DNA of 64,000 nt from an uncultured Bacteroidales bacterium (GCA_963931625.1 OZ007033.1:524881-588880); one strand, 5' to 3'; shown: positions 1 to 10,716, counted from the first letter of the stretch. Notes: a model not told the origin generated them from the sequence alone. Program-made: numbers and translations.

Positions 1-2
1 CG

Positions 3-299
3 GCAAACGCCTTCAGGGAGATTGTCGACAACATATATTCCCTCTCCCCGGAATGGGGGAAGGAAATGAAATGCTCCGGGGAAGTCCCTGAAATGAAAAG
101 CACAGGGGTAGTGTCCGGGGACGACAGGCTCGACGAGGTGCCGGATGTGAAGGGGCTGGGACTGATGGATGCCCTCTGGTCCATAGAAAACTGCGGCTAC
201 AGATGTGTCTACGAAGGCTCAGGGCACGTGACAGGCCAGACGCCTCCTGCAGGGACAAGAATGGAAAAAGGAAAGACCGTAAAACTGAAATTGGGATGA
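3..299 (+). CDS. ftsI: Penicillin-binding protein (FtsI/PBP3-like), 3' end only, C-terminal PASTA domain
   Basis: Frame open from the window edge (ANAFREIVDNIYSLSPEWG...), then PASTA-like VPDVKGLGLMDALWSIENCGY...GSGHVTGQTPPAG. The TGA overlaps the murE ATG (ATGA at 296-299). First position of a dcw cluster. Confidence 0.8.
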   Translation, partial: ANAFREIVDNIYSLSPEWGKEMKCSGEVPEMKSTGVVSGDDRLDEVPDVKGLGLMDALWSIENCGYRCVYEGSGHVTGQTPPAGTRMEKGKTVKLKLG

Positions 300-1780
300 A
301 ACTCGACAGGATAATACATGACAGCGGGGTGACGGCGCTTTCGGGAAACGGCAATCCGGAAATCACTGCAATCTGCAATGATTCAAGGAAAGTCGTGCCG
401 GGAGCACTGTTCATTGCTGTCAAGGGATTTGCAAGTGACGGACACAATTATATAAAGACTGCGGTGGAAAAAGGCGCCGCCGCAGTGGCGTATGAAGACG
501 AGGCGGCACTGACGGCACAGATTCCGGACATGAGTACAGCTGATACAGTTTTCATAAGGACCGGCTCATCCCGTCATGCGCTTGCGGTGATGGCGGCCAA
601 TTTCTACGACAACCCTTCGCACAAGCTTTCGCTTGTCGGCATAACGGGAACCAACGGGAAAACCACGACCGTCACCCTGCTGTACAGGCTTTTCACAGGG
701 CTCGGCTATCATTGCGGCCTGCTCTCCACCATAGCCAACTATGTGGGGGACAAATGTTACGAAGCTGTGAACACCACTTCAGACCCAATCACCATCAATT
801 CCCTGCTGGCCGAGATGGCAGATGCAGGATGCGCATATTGCTTCATGGAGGTCAGTTCGATAGGAATGGAGCAGGAAAGGGTGGCAGGACTGAAATTCAA
901 GGCAGGAATCTTCTCAAACCTCACCCATGACCACCTTGACTATCACAAGACATTCGCCGAATACCTCAGATGCAAGAAGCTGTTCTTCGACATGCTCCCT
1001 GCCGATGCCTTCGCCATCACCAACATAGACGACAGAAACGGGATGGTGATGACGCAGAACACCAGGGCGAAAGTCGTGACATATTCATGCAGGAGCATAG
1101 CCGACCACACATGCAGGATCATAGAGGAAGGCTTCGACGGGATGCTTCTGAAGATGGACGGGAAAGAGAGCTGGTGCAGGCTCATCGGGCAGCACAACGC
1201 CTACAATCTCCTGGCAATATACAGCACCGCCGTCACCCTGGGGGCAGACCCGGACGAGGTGCTTGTGGAAATGAGCCGGCTGGAATCCGCACCCGGACGG
1301 CTGGACACGCTCAGAGGACCTCATGACCTCGCCGTGGTGATAGACTATGCCCACACTCCCGACGCGCTCGAAAATGTGCTCAAGACATTGAGGGACATCG
1401 CCCCGGAAAGGCCGCTTGTCTGCCTCTTCGGCTGCGGAGGGGACAGGGACAGGACCAAGCGGCCCGAAATGGCACAGGTGGCGCAGAGGCTTGCGGACAG
1501 GATATTCGTCACCTCGGACAACAGCAGGACGGAAAAGACTTCCGACATAATGGCGGAGATAAAGGCCGGCATGGACATATCCGGAAAGGCAAGGTCCGTC
1601 TTCATTGAAGACAGGGAACAGGCCATAAGGACGGCCATAATGACCGCCGCCCCCGGAAGCACGATACTCCTTGCGGGGAAAGGGCATGAGACCTACCAGA
1701 TAATAGGAACGGAGAAGCGTCATTTCGACGAGAAGGAAATCGTGAATGAAATATTCGGCGAAATGAGGCAGCTGTCCTGA
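296..1780 (+). CDS. murE: UDP-N-acetylmuramoyl-L-alanyl-D-glutamate--diamino acid ligase
   Basis: GITGTNGKTT P-loop, FxNLTHDHLDYH, DYAHTPDAL, AGKGHETYQ. Start moved from the ORF-track 203 to ATG 296 (MKLDRII). Confidence 0.96.
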   Translation: MKLDRIIHDSGVTALSGNGNPEITAICNDSRKVVPGALFIAVKGFASDGHNYIKTAVEKGAAAVAYEDEAALTAQIPDMSTADTVFIRTGSSRHALAVMAANFYDNPSHKLSLVGITGTNGKTTTVTLLYRLFTGLGYHCGLLSTIANYVGDKCYEAVNTTSDPITINSLLAEMADAGCAYCFMEVSSIGMEQERVAGLKFKAGIFSNLTHDHLDYHKTFAEYLRCKKLFFDMLPADAFAITNIDDRNGMVMTQNTRAKVVTYSCRSIADHTCRIIEEGFDGMLLKMDGKESWCRLIGQHNAYNLLAIYSTAVTLGADPDEVLVEMSRLESAPGRLDTLRGPHDLAVVIDYAHTPDALENVLKTLRDIAPERPLVCLFGCGGDRDRTKRPEMAQVAQRLADRIFVTSDNSRTEKTSDIMAEIKAGMDISGKARSVFIEDREQAIRTAIMTAAPGSTILLAGKGHETYQIIGTEKRHFDEKEIVNEIFGEMRQLS

Positions 1781-1832
1781 CAGACGGCACATATTTTCCC
1801 GAAGGGATGAATTTTACAGAAACCGACAGAAA

Positions 1833-3140
1833 ATGATATACCATCTTTTTGAACTTCTGAAAGACTGTGACATACCGGGACAGAGGCTGATGACCTATCT
1901 GTCCTTCAGGGCCATATTCGCAAGCGTGACCGCCATCCTGATATCACTGGTGGCAGGCAAGCGCATCATCAGATGGCTCCAGAAGAAGCAGATAGGCGAA
2001 GAGATACGCGACCTCGGACTTGAAGGACAGATGCAGAAGAAAGGCACCCCTACAATGGGAGGCATCATCATCATCCTTTCCATCCTCGTATCGGTCCTGC
2101 TTTTCGCCGACCTCACGAACATATACATCATCCTGCTGTTAATCAGCACTGTATGGCTGGGGCTGCTCGGCTTCACGGATGACTATATAAAGGTATTCAG
2201 ACACAACAAGGAAGGGCTGAGCGAAAAGGCCAAGCTGATTGCGCAGATCATCCTGGGGCTTGTCATAGGTATCACCGTATGCTTCAGCAATGACATAGTG
2301 GTCAGGGAGAAAGTGCCTGTCAGTGCGGAGGCTGAAACCTCCGGAGTCCATGTATCCGGCGAGACTCTCGATGTGGACAGCGAACTGAAGGTGGAAGACG
2401 GCCAGTGGGCAGAGCATGATGTGATAAAGAGCACCAAGACCACGATTCCGTTCGTCAAGAACCACGAATTCGACTACAAATGGCTCTCCCCTTTCAAAGG
2501 GGCGTTTGGATGGTACTGCAAATGGGCCATATATGTCCTGATGATAGTGATAGTGATCACCGCATGCTCAAACGGCACCAACCTCACGGACGGCATGGAC
2601 GGGCTTTCCACCGGCACTTCCGCGATAGCCGGAGTGGTGCTGGGCATCTTCGCCTACCTGTCCGGCAACATAATCAACGCCGACTACCTCAACATAATGT
2701 ATATTCCCGGAACGGGTGAGATAGCAGTCTTCATGGCGGCATTCGTGGGCGCTCTCGTGGGATTCCTGTGGTACAATTCATTCCCCGCACAGGTGTTCAT
2801 GGGCGACACCGGCAGCCTTGCGATAGGCGGCATCATCGGCGTATGCGCCATCCTTATAAGGAAGGAGCTGCTTCTGCCGATTCTCTGCGGGATATTTTTC
2901 GTGGAAAGCATCTCGGTGCTGGTGCAGAGATTCTACTTCAAATACACCAAGAAGAAGTACGGCGTGGGCAAGAGGGTATTCAAGATGGCCCCATTGCATC
3001 ACCATTTCCAGAAGGAAGGCATCCCGGCGCTGATTTCAGTACCGAAAAAGGCCATCCCTGAGGCGAAGATCACAGTAAGGTTTTGGATAATAGGAGTATT
3101 GCTTGCAGTGCTCACAATAGCATTGCTCAAAATAAGATAA
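1833..3140 (+). CDS. mraY: Phospho-N-acetylmuramoyl-pentapeptide transferase
   Basis: KKGTPTMGG, GFTDDY, NLTDGMDGL, VFMGDTGS, MAPLHHHF motifs; multiple TM helices. Confidence 0.97.
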   Translation: MIYHLFELLKDCDIPGQRLMTYLSFRAIFASVTAILISLVAGKRIIRWLQKKQIGEEIRDLGLEGQMQKKGTPTMGGIIIILSILVSVLLFADLTNIYIILLLISTVWLGLLGFTDDYIKVFRHNKEGLSEKAKLIAQIILGLVIGITVCFSNDIVVREKVPVSAEAETSGVHVSGETLDVDSELKVEDGQWAEHDVIKSTKTTIPFVKNHEFDYKWLSPFKGAFGWYCKWAIYVLMIVIVITACSNGTNLTDGMDGLSTGTSAIAGVVLGIFAYLSGNIINADYLNIMYIPGTGEIAVFMAAFVGALVGFLWYNSFPAQVFMGDTGSLAIGGIIGVCAILIRKELLLPILCGIFFVESISVLVQRFYFKYTKKKYGVGKRVFKMAPLHHHFQKEGIPALISVPKKAIPEAKITVRFWIIGVLLAVLTIALLKIR

Positions 3141-3143
3141 GTC

Positions 3144-4478
3144 ATGTCAAGGATCGTAGTATTGGGCGGAGGTGAAAGCGGCACAGGAGCCGCCGTCCTC
3201 GCCAAGGCAAAAGGTTTCGATGTGTTCCTGTCCGACAAGGGAAAGCTGGACGGGAAATATGTCGACATCCTCAACGAATGGAAGATACCCTTCGAGGAGG
3301 GAAGGCATACGGAGGAACTGATACTGAATGCGGACGAGGTGATAAAAAGCCCCGGCATACCGTCCGGCGCCCCTATGGTGAAGAAGGTGACGGACGCCAG
3401 GATAAATGTCATCTCCGAGATAGAGTTCGCCGGAAGATATGACACGGCCAAGAAGATCTGCATCACAGGCAGCAACGGGAAGACCACCACGACATCCCTC
3501 ATCTACTATCTGCTGCAGCAGGCCGGGCTGAATGTCGGGCTGGGCGGCAACATAGGGAAAAGCTACGCATACCAGGTGGCCACTTCTTCACACGACATCT
3601 ATGTGCTGGAAATAAGCAGTTTCCAGCTCGACAACATGTATGACTTCAAGGCCGACATAGCCATCATCACCAACATCACGCCCGACCATCTGGACAGGTA
3701 TGACCACAACCTTGAGAACTATGTCAAGGCCAAGTTCCGCATCACCAGGAACATGAGCAGCGAGGACTGCTTCATATTCTGCTCCGATGACGAGATCACG
3801 GTAAGCCACCTCAACAAGATAGTGGTCAAGGCCAAGATGCTGCCATTCTCGCAGAAGAAGGAAGTGAAGCAGGGAGCCTTCCTGAAAGACGACAGGATAG
3901 TGGTCCGCTATGAAGACTCCGAATGCGACATGTTCATAAGGGAACTGGCATTGGGAGGAAAGCACAATGTCTACAATTCCATGGCAGCCGCCATAGCCGG
4001 AAAGGTGATGGACATAGACAACAAGGTCATCCGTGACAGCCTGTCCACATTCCAGCCTGTGGAACACCGGCTGGAGAAGGTGCTGAGCATAGGTGATGTG
4101 CTGTATATAAATGACTCCAAGGCCACCAATGTGGATGCGGCATGGTATGCACTTGAGTGCCAGACCCGGCCCGTGGTATGGATAGTCGGAGGCACGGACA
4201 AGGGCAACGACTACTCGGTCCTGCTGGACCTTGCGAAAGAAAAGGTCAAGGCAATGATCTGCATGGGCCTCGACAACCGCAAGTTCCACGAGTCATTCGG
4301 AGGCATCGTCCCTGAAATACATGATGTGACCTCGGCGCAGGATGCGGTCAGGCTGGCCAGCAGCATAGCCAAGGCGGGGGATGTGGTCCTCCTCTCCCCT
4401 TGCTGCGCAAGCTTTGACCTCTTCGAAAACTACGAGGACAGGGGCCGCAAATTCAAGGAGGCCGTAAGAAATCTCTGA
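3144..4478 (+). CDS. murD: UDP-N-acetylmuramoyl-L-alanine--D-glutamate ligase
   Basis: LGGGESG, ITGSNGKTTT, LEISSFQL, NDSKATN, SPCCASFD. Confidence 0.96.
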   Translation: MSRIVVLGGGESGTGAAVLAKAKGFDVFLSDKGKLDGKYVDILNEWKIPFEEGRHTEELILNADEVIKSPGIPSGAPMVKKVTDARINVISEIEFAGRYDTAKKICITGSNGKTTTTSLIYYLLQQAGLNVGLGGNIGKSYAYQVATSSHDIYVLEISSFQLDNMYDFKADIAIITNITPDHLDRYDHNLENYVKAKFRITRNMSSEDCFIFCSDDEITVSHLNKIVVKAKMLPFSQKKEVKQGAFLKDDRIVVRYEDSECDMFIRELALGGKHNVYNSMAAAIAGKVMDIDNKVIRDSLSTFQPVEHRLEKVLSIGDVLYINDSKATNVDAAWYALECQTRPVVWIVGGTDKGNDYSVLLDLAKEKVKAMICMGLDNRKFHESFGGIVPEIHDVTSAQDAVRLASSIAKAGDVVLLSPCCASFDLFENYEDRGRKFKEAVRNL

Positions 4479-4496
4479 TAAGGACAGAAGGCAAGA

Positions 4497-5879
4497 ATGA
4501 AGAAAAGAGAGACAAAAAAAGCTGAGGCACAGGGCGGAATCTGGGGACTCATAGACCGGATTCAAGGGGACAAGGTGGTATGGATGATACTCATCCTCCT
4601 TATCCTCTTCTCCATCGTGTCCATCTTCTCCTCCACATCCCTGCTTGCCGAGCCGGACAAGGGCATAAGCCGTCTTGACATATTCGTGGAGCAGCTCGGC
4701 ATAGTGGTGGCGGGAGTCGCCGTGATATTCATATGCTACAAGATACCTTACATAAAGGTGTTCAGGGTGCTGTCACAGATCGGATTCGCCCTTTCCGCAG
4801 CCCTCCTGCTCTGCCTGATATGCAACATAGGCGCAGTCGAAAACCACGGAGCAAAGCGCGCCCTGGACCTGGGGTTCTTCCAGCTCCATGTCTATGAAGT
4901 GGTCAAGGTGGCGATGGTAATGTATCTGGCATGGGCGGTGCACGCCTACAAGAGCGATTCTTTCGGGCTGGCAAACAGGCTGTCAAAGAGATACAAGAGG
5001 CTCGCATTTCTGGCAAAGCCGGGATGGAAGCGTCTTGTCTACATATACCTGCCGATTGTCATCGTATGTGCAGGAATATTGTTCGGAAGCGTTTCAAGCA
5101 CATTGTTCATTGGCGGGATAATGTTCCTGACGATTCTCATCGGGGGCATTCCGCTGAAAGACCTGCTGCTGCCGGCTGTGGTCTGCATCGTCGCAGGCGG
5201 CCTGTGCATAGGGCTTTATTTCGTATCCGGCGGGAAAGTGTTCCCCCGTGTGGGCACGGCAGTACAGAGGGTGCTCCTTCATGAGGAAAGGAAGAACATA
5301 AAGGACCTCACTCCGGGGACGACCGAGTTCCAGAAGACACTGGATGCCATCCGCCAGCCGGAAAGTGCCAAAATCGCCATCCATGAGGGCGGGCTGCTCG
5401 GAAAAGGGCCGGGGAACAGCACACAGAAATATACGGTATCGCTCATGTTCAGCGACTACATGTACAGCTTCATAGTGGAGGAATACGGGCTGTGGGGAGG
5501 ACTGCTCATAATAATGCTGTATATCAGCCTGCTGGCCCGAGGCTCCCTGATAGTGCGGTACTGCGACAACGACTTTGCCAAGACCGCAGTGGCGGGACTC
5601 ACGATACTGATAACAGGCCAGGCCCTGATGCACATATACATCAACCTTGACATGGGACTGCTCACGGGACAGACCCTGCCGATGATAAGCCACGGAAACA
5701 GCTCGTTCCTCTGTTTCTGCGTGGCATTCGGTGTGATCCTGTCCATAAGCAAGATGGCCAAGGCCAAAATACAGAAGGAAACGGAGGAGTCCGAACCGCT
5801 CATGGAAGGGATGGGTGTAGACGAGAATGTCACGGACGCGATGAACGACCTGGACGATTTTGAGTCCGGAAGATATTGA
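4497..5879 (+). CDS. ftsW: SEDS-family peptidoglycan polymerase FtsW
   Basis: Multi-TM protein with GGLLGKGPG, SDYMYSFIVEEYG, GQTLPMISHGNSS; dcw position. Confidence 0.92.
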   Translation: MKKRETKKAEAQGGIWGLIDRIQGDKVVWMILILLILFSIVSIFSSTSLLAEPDKGISRLDIFVEQLGIVVAGVAVIFICYKIPYIKVFRVLSQIGFALSAALLLCLICNIGAVENHGAKRALDLGFFQLHVYEVVKVAMVMYLAWAVHAYKSDSFGLANRLSKRYKRLAFLAKPGWKRLVYIYLPIVIVCAGILFGSVSSTLFIGGIMFLTILIGGIPLKDLLLPAVVCIVAGGLCIGLYFVSGGKVFPRVGTAVQRVLLHEERKNIKDLTPGTTEFQKTLDAIRQPESAKIAIHEGGLLGKGPGNSTQKYTVSLMFSDYMYSFIVEEYGLWGGLLIIMLYISLLARGSLIVRYCDNDFAKTAVAGLTILITGQALMHIYINLDMGLLTGQTLPMISHGNSSFLCFCVAFGVILSISKMAKAKIQKETEESEPLMEGMGVDENVTDAMNDLDDFESGRY

Positions 5880-5885
5880 CAGACA

Positions 5886-7079
5886 ATGACAGAAAGAAGA
5901 CCCATACGCGCAATAATAAGCGGAGGAGGCACGGGAGGCCACATCTTCCCTGCCCTCTCGATTGCAGACAGGCTGACGGAAGAGGCTCCGGGCAGCGAAA
6001 TCCTGTTCGTGGGGGCTGAGGGCAGGATGGAAATGGAAAAGGTCCCTGCAGCAGGCTATCGGATTACAGGGCTCCCGGTGGCCGGTCTGCAGCGCAGGCT
6101 CACCCCTTCCAACCTCGCCCTGCCGTTCAAGGTGCTCAAAAGCATCTCAATGGCGGGAAAGATCATAGACAGCTTCAGGCCAGACATCGCGATAGGAGTA
6201 GGCGGATATGCAAGTGCTCCCCTGCTGTGGGCGGCTTCCCGCAAGGGCATCCCGACCCTCATCCAGGAACAGAACGGCTTTGCCGGACTCACCAACAAGA
6301 TACTCGGAAAGAGAGCTGACAGGATATGCGTGGCATACGAGGGGATGGAAAGATTCTTCCCTGCAGACAAAATTGTCCTCACCGGCAACCCTATACGCAA
6401 TGCGATAGTGCCTGCGGACGCTGCCATGAAACGCGAAGCCCTGGACTTCTACAGGCTTGACCCGGAGAAGCGGCACATATTCATCGTGGGCGGAAGCCTC
6501 GGAAGCGGCACTCTCAACAAGTCCATGATGAAATGGATTTCGGACGGCTGTCCCGGAGGAGATGATGTGGAAGTGCTCTGGCAATGCGGGAAATATTACA
6601 AGGAAGGGACAGACAGGTTCATGGACTCAGTCAGGGACAAGATGCCAGGTGTATGCACACGCATACATCATTTTGACTTCATAAAGAGGATGGACCTTGC
6701 ATACGCCGCTGCGGACATAGTGGTGTCAAGGTCGGGGGCAAGCTCGGTGTCGGAACTTTGCGCAGCCCGCAAGGCGGTCATCTTCGTCCCGTCCCCGAAT
6801 GTGGCGGAAGACCATCAGACCCACAATGCAATGGCACTCGTAAAGAAAGACGCGGCAATGCTGGTGACTGACGCGGAAGCCCAGGAAAAGCTGATGAGAA
6901 CAGCCTGCAGACTGGTGCATGATGACGCCGTAATCATGAAAATGGAGAAAAACATAGCCGCACTCGCACGGAAAGACGCCGCCGGAGCGATAGTGGAAGA
7001 GATATACGGCATACTTGACAAAAAGGCCTCCGCCGGGGATGACGGCAAGTACAAGACTGACAAAAAGACAAAGCAATGA
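5886..7079 (+). CDS. murG: Lipid II GlcNAc transferase
   Basis: GGGTGGHIFP, GVGGYAS, QEQN, GGSLGS, SRSGA, DHQTHNA. Confidence 0.96.
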   Translation: MTERRPIRAIISGGGTGGHIFPALSIADRLTEEAPGSEILFVGAEGRMEMEKVPAAGYRITGLPVAGLQRRLTPSNLALPFKVLKSISMAGKIIDSFRPDIAIGVGGYASAPLLWAASRKGIPTLIQEQNGFAGLTNKILGKRADRICVAYEGMERFFPADKIVLTGNPIRNAIVPADAAMKREALDFYRLDPEKRHIFIVGGSLGSGTLNKSMMKWISDGCPGGDDVEVLWQCGKYYKEGTDRFMDSVRDKMPGVCTRIHHFDFIKRMDLAYAAADIVVSRSGASSVSELCAARKAVIFVPSPNVAEDHQTHNAMALVKKDAAMLVTDAEAQEKLMRTACRLVHDDAVIMKMEKNIAALARKDAAGAIVEEIYGILDKKASAGDDGKYKTDKKTKQ

Positions 7080-8443
7080 GATACAAGAACATATACTTCA
7101 TAGGAATCGGAGGCATAGGCATGAGCGCCCTTGCAAGGTACTTCAAGCGCAAAGGCTGCAATGTCGCCGGATACGACCGCACCCCTTCGGAACTGACGCA
7201 CGAACTGGAGGCGGAAGGGATAGCCGTCCATTATGAGGACAGGCCGGACCTGATACCGGAAGACAAGGAAAACACCCTCGTCATCTACACCCCTGCCATT
7301 CCTCATGACATGAAGGAACTGATGACCGTCCAGGCAAACGGCTACAATGTGGTAAAACGCTCCCGTGCCCTCGGTGAAATCGCCCGCGGGCAGAGATGCC
7401 TTGCAGTGGCCGGAACACATGGGAAAACCACCACCAGCACCCTCCTCGCCCATATTTTTCAGGAAAGCGGGGAAGGTTGCTCGGCATTCCTCGGCGGCAT
7501 ATCGAAGAATTACGGCACCAACCTCCTTGTCAGTGAAAACGATGTGGTGGTGGCCGAAGCGGACGAATTCGACAGGTCATTCCTCCAGCTTCATCCGGAA
7601 ATCGCGGCAGTCACTGCAATGGACGCCGACCACCTCGACATATATTCCGATGTGGAGCATGTGCGGCAGGCATTCAGGGAATTCGCCTCGCAGGTGACCG
7701 GCACCCTCATAACCAAGCCGGGACTTGACATCACCGGCAGGGACACCAAGGCAAGGATTCTCCGCTATTCATTCCGCGAACCCTGCGACTTCTACGCCAG
7801 CAACCTAAGCAAGGATACGACAGGGCATTTCACCTTCGACCTCAACTGGCCGGACGGGGTGATACGCGGATGCCGCTGCGGCATCCCCGGCTGGGTAAAT
7901 GTGGAGAACAGCATTGCGGCAGCAGCCATAGCCCTCACATACGGGATTGCCCCGGAAAAGGTGAAGGCAGCCATAGGCACATACATGGGAGTGAAAAGGA
8001 GATTCGACGTGCACCTGAACGTGCCCGGATGCACATACATAGACGACTATGCCCACCATCCGAAAGAACTGGCAGCCGCGATAAGCTCCATCAGGGACAT
8101 TTTCCCTTCCAGAAAACTCACGGCAGTGTTTCAGCCGCATCTCTATACGAGGACAAGGGATTTCGCGGACGGATTTGCAGAGGCACTCAGCCATGTGGAC
8201 AAGCTTATTCTCCTCGACATATACCCTGCAAGGGAGGAACCGATACCGGGAGTGACATCGGAAATCATATTCGACAAGGCGGAGGCCCCGGAAAAGGTGC
8301 TGCTGAAGAAAGAGGAGCTGATGGATTATCTCGAAAAGGAGCCTGTGGATGTGCTCGTCACATTCGGAGCAGGCAACATAGACAGATTTACAGGGCCGAT
8401 AACGGCAATGCTTGAAAAACGAATCGGTAAAGGACAGGAATGA
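7076..8443 (+). CDS. murC: UDP-N-acetylmuramate--L-alanine ligase
   Basis: GIGGIGMS, AGTHGKTTT, EADEFDRSFL, DDYAHHP, FQPHLYTRT. Confidence 0.96.
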   Translation: MRYKNIYFIGIGGIGMSALARYFKRKGCNVAGYDRTPSELTHELEAEGIAVHYEDRPDLIPEDKENTLVIYTPAIPHDMKELMTVQANGYNVVKRSRALGEIARGQRCLAVAGTHGKTTTSTLLAHIFQESGEGCSAFLGGISKNYGTNLLVSENDVVVAEADEFDRSFLQLHPEIAAVTAMDADHLDIYSDVEHVRQAFREFASQVTGTLITKPGLDITGRDTKARILRYSFREPCDFYASNLSKDTTGHFTFDLNWPDGVIRGCRCGIPGWVNVENSIAAAAIALTYGIAPEKVKAAIGTYMGVKRRFDVHLNVPGCTYIDDYAHHPKELAAAISSIRDIFPSRKLTAVFQPHLYTRTRDFADGFAEALSHVDKLILLDIYPAREEPIPGVTSEIIFDKAEAPEKVLLKKEELMDYLEKEPVDVLVTFGAGNIDRFTGPITAMLEKRIGKGQE

Positions 8444-9222
8444 AACGGATGGCAAGATACATATCGGCGGCCCTGTTTGCGGGCCTTACCGTAGCCCTTC
8501 TTTTCGCCGCCTACACTTCAGAGGCAGTGAAAAGAAGCCGGGTGACATGCACGGGGATAGAGGTTGTCATTGCCGACAGCCTCAGGAACAGCTTCGTCAC
8601 CAGGGCCGATGTGCTTGACTGCCTGAAAAAGGAATACGGGGAATGCACGGGCCGCGCCCTGGACAGCATAGACCTCGTAAAGATAGAAAAGGCCGTGGAT
8701 GCCCGCAGCGCGGTGAGGAAAAGCGAGGCCTACCTGACCAAGGACGGAATCCTGCACATAGATGTCACTCAGAGGAAGCCGATGGTGAGGTTCCAGAAGA
8801 AGGAAGGAGGATTCTATGCAGACGAGGAAAGCTTCCTCTTCCCGCTCCAAAGCACATATACCGCCCATGTCCCTGTCATCGACGGTGCCATTCCGCTCCA
8901 TGTGGATTCGGGCTACAAGGGAAGGCCTGAAGATGAAAAGGAAAGGGAATGGACTGACCGCATCACCGGACTCGTCAGATACATGAACAGCAGCGGCATC
9001 TGGGCTCGGGACATCGTGCAGATCACTGTCCTCCCCGGCGGCGATCTCATCCTGATACCGCGCGAGGGAAAGGAAAAGTTCCTGTTCGGACAGCCGGTGA
9101 AGATAGAGGAGAAATTCAGGAAAATGGAAAAGTACTACACCGGGATAGTCCCTGAAAAGGGCAGGGACTTCTACTCGACAGTCAACCTGAAATACGACAG
9201 ACAGATAATATGCAGAAACTAA
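8440..9222 (+). CDS. ftsQ: Cell division protein FtsQ/DivIB
   Basis: Single N-terminal TM, POTRA-like region, VTQRKP, C-terminal NLKYDRQIIC; lies between murC and ftsA. Confidence 0.85.
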   Translation: MKRMARYISAALFAGLTVALLFAAYTSEAVKRSRVTCTGIEVVIADSLRNSFVTRADVLDCLKKEYGECTGRALDSIDLVKIEKAVDARSAVRKSEAYLTKDGILHIDVTQRKPMVRFQKKEGGFYADEESFLFPLQSTYTAHVPVIDGAIPLHVDSGYKGRPEDEKEREWTDRITGLVRYMNSSGIWARDIVQITVLPGGDLILIPREGKEKFLFGQPVKIEEKFRKMEKYYTGIVPEKGRDFYSTVNLKYDRQIICRN

Positions 9223-9233
9223 TATAATATATC

Positions 9234-10670
9234 ATGGAAGGAAGACATATTGTCGCAATCGACCTCGGCACATCAAAGACAGCGCTGACCGTTGCGGAGA
9301 TCAACGGTGACGATGTGCAGATAGTATATTACAGGAAAGTTCCTTCAACCGGAATCCGCTACAGCTACATATTCAGCCCCAAGAAGACAGCAGATACAGT
9401 CAGGCTCCTTGTGGAAGACGCCGAAAAGGAACTGAAGATAAAGATACGGAGAGCCGTCGTAGGAATGCCTAAATACAGCGTGAGGCAGGAAGCCAAGTCC
9501 GGAAGGGTCGAACGCAATCTTGAAGAATGCATTTCAGAGGACGAAATCAATGACATGAAAAGGATGGCCATGGACTCCTATCCGCTTGATCATCCGGAGA
9601 GTGAGGAACTGTTCGGAGCTGTGGCACAGTCTTTTTCCAATGGGGACGAGATCGGCCTTGCCGAAAATGACATAATCGGGGTGTCCGGGGAAATCCTTGA
9701 GGGAAACTTCAAGCTGTTCATAGGCAAGAAGAAGAATCTCAGGGACATAGATATCACATTCAAAGGACTCGGGATAGATGTGGTCCAGAAATATTTCACA
9801 GCCGAAACCACTGCAAAGGCCGTTCTGAGGAACTCGGAAATGGAAAACGGCGTGGCCCTCGTGGACTTGGGGGCAGGAGTGACATCGGTGTCGGTATATT
9901 ACCGGAACATCATGCGGCATTATGCAGCCATCCCGTTCGGAGGCAACTCATTGACATCTGACATCAAGACAGAAAGCGGGATAACGGAAGAACTCGCTGA
10001 AAACATCAAGAAGGCCTTCGGCGGATGCATGCCGGACAAGCTGCAGAATCTCAGCGAAAAGACTCTTCATATCAGCAGCGGCTCCGCAGAGGCAAATGTC
10101 CAGATACCGGTCAAATATCTCTCGGAACTCATCACCGCCAGGATGAAGGAAATCATCGAGGCCGTCCTCTATGAAATACAGCAGAGCGGATTTGCGGACA
10201 ATCTCAGGAGCGGCATAGTGATCACCGGAGGAGGGGCAAAGCTCTTGAACTGCGCCAACTACATCAAGGAGCTGTCCGGATATGAAGTGCGCACGGGGGG
10301 CTCAAGAAACTTCTTCTCCGCTGCGGGATATGAAAACATATATGACTATGACGCAGCCATATCCGCAGGTATGATAATGAAAGCCAAGGCGGACAGGGTG
10401 CCGGACTGCACGGCAGCGGACACGGAGAATCCAGGTGACATTCCAATAGAAATTGAAAATGCGGGCACCGGACCAGAGGCTGCGGAGAAAACGGATGCCC
10501 AAGATGCAGAAGACACCGTGTTCAACCCCAAGCCGGAGCAGACGAAACAGAAAAACAAAAATGAAAAGGGCAACAAAACGAACAGCACGGATAAACGGAC
10601 TGATTCCAAGCCCCCTATCATCCAATGGTTCGGTACCCTGTTTGAAAGCATTGGCAACGAATCTGTCTGA
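9234..10670 (+). CDS. ftsA: Cell division protein FtsA
   Basis: IDLGTSK, LVDLGAGVT, IPFGG, ITGGGA actin-fold motifs; low-complexity linker before a C-terminal amphipathic tail (WFGTLF). Confidence 0.94.
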   Translation: MEGRHIVAIDLGTSKTALTVAEINGDDVQIVYYRKVPSTGIRYSYIFSPKKTADTVRLLVEDAEKELKIKIRRAVVGMPKYSVRQEAKSGRVERNLEECISEDEINDMKRMAMDSYPLDHPESEELFGAVAQSFSNGDEIGLAENDIIGVSGEILEGNFKLFIGKKKNLRDIDITFKGLGIDVVQKYFTAETTAKAVLRNSEMENGVALVDLGAGVTSVSVYYRNIMRHYAAIPFGGNSLTSDIKTESGITEELAENIKKAFGGCMPDKLQNLSEKTLHISSGSAEANVQIPVKYLSELITARMKEIIEAVLYEIQQSGFADNLRSGIVITGGGAKLLNCANYIKELSGYEVRTGGSRNFFSAAGYENIYDYDAAISAGMIMKAKADRVPDCTAADTENPGDIPIEIENAGTGPEAAEKTDAQDAEDTVFNPKPEQTKQKNKNEKGNKTNSTDKRTDSKPPIIQWFGTLFESIGNESV

Positions 10671-10716
10671 AAAATGCCGCTGTCACAATATCACTTCATG
10701 AGATGAAATTTCAAAT

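Noticed and set aside
1085-8455. Many 200-280-aa minus-strand ORFs across the dcw cluster (for example 3588-4289, 5094-5942, 7805-8455)
   Set aside because: Antisense shadows of well-supported essential genes.
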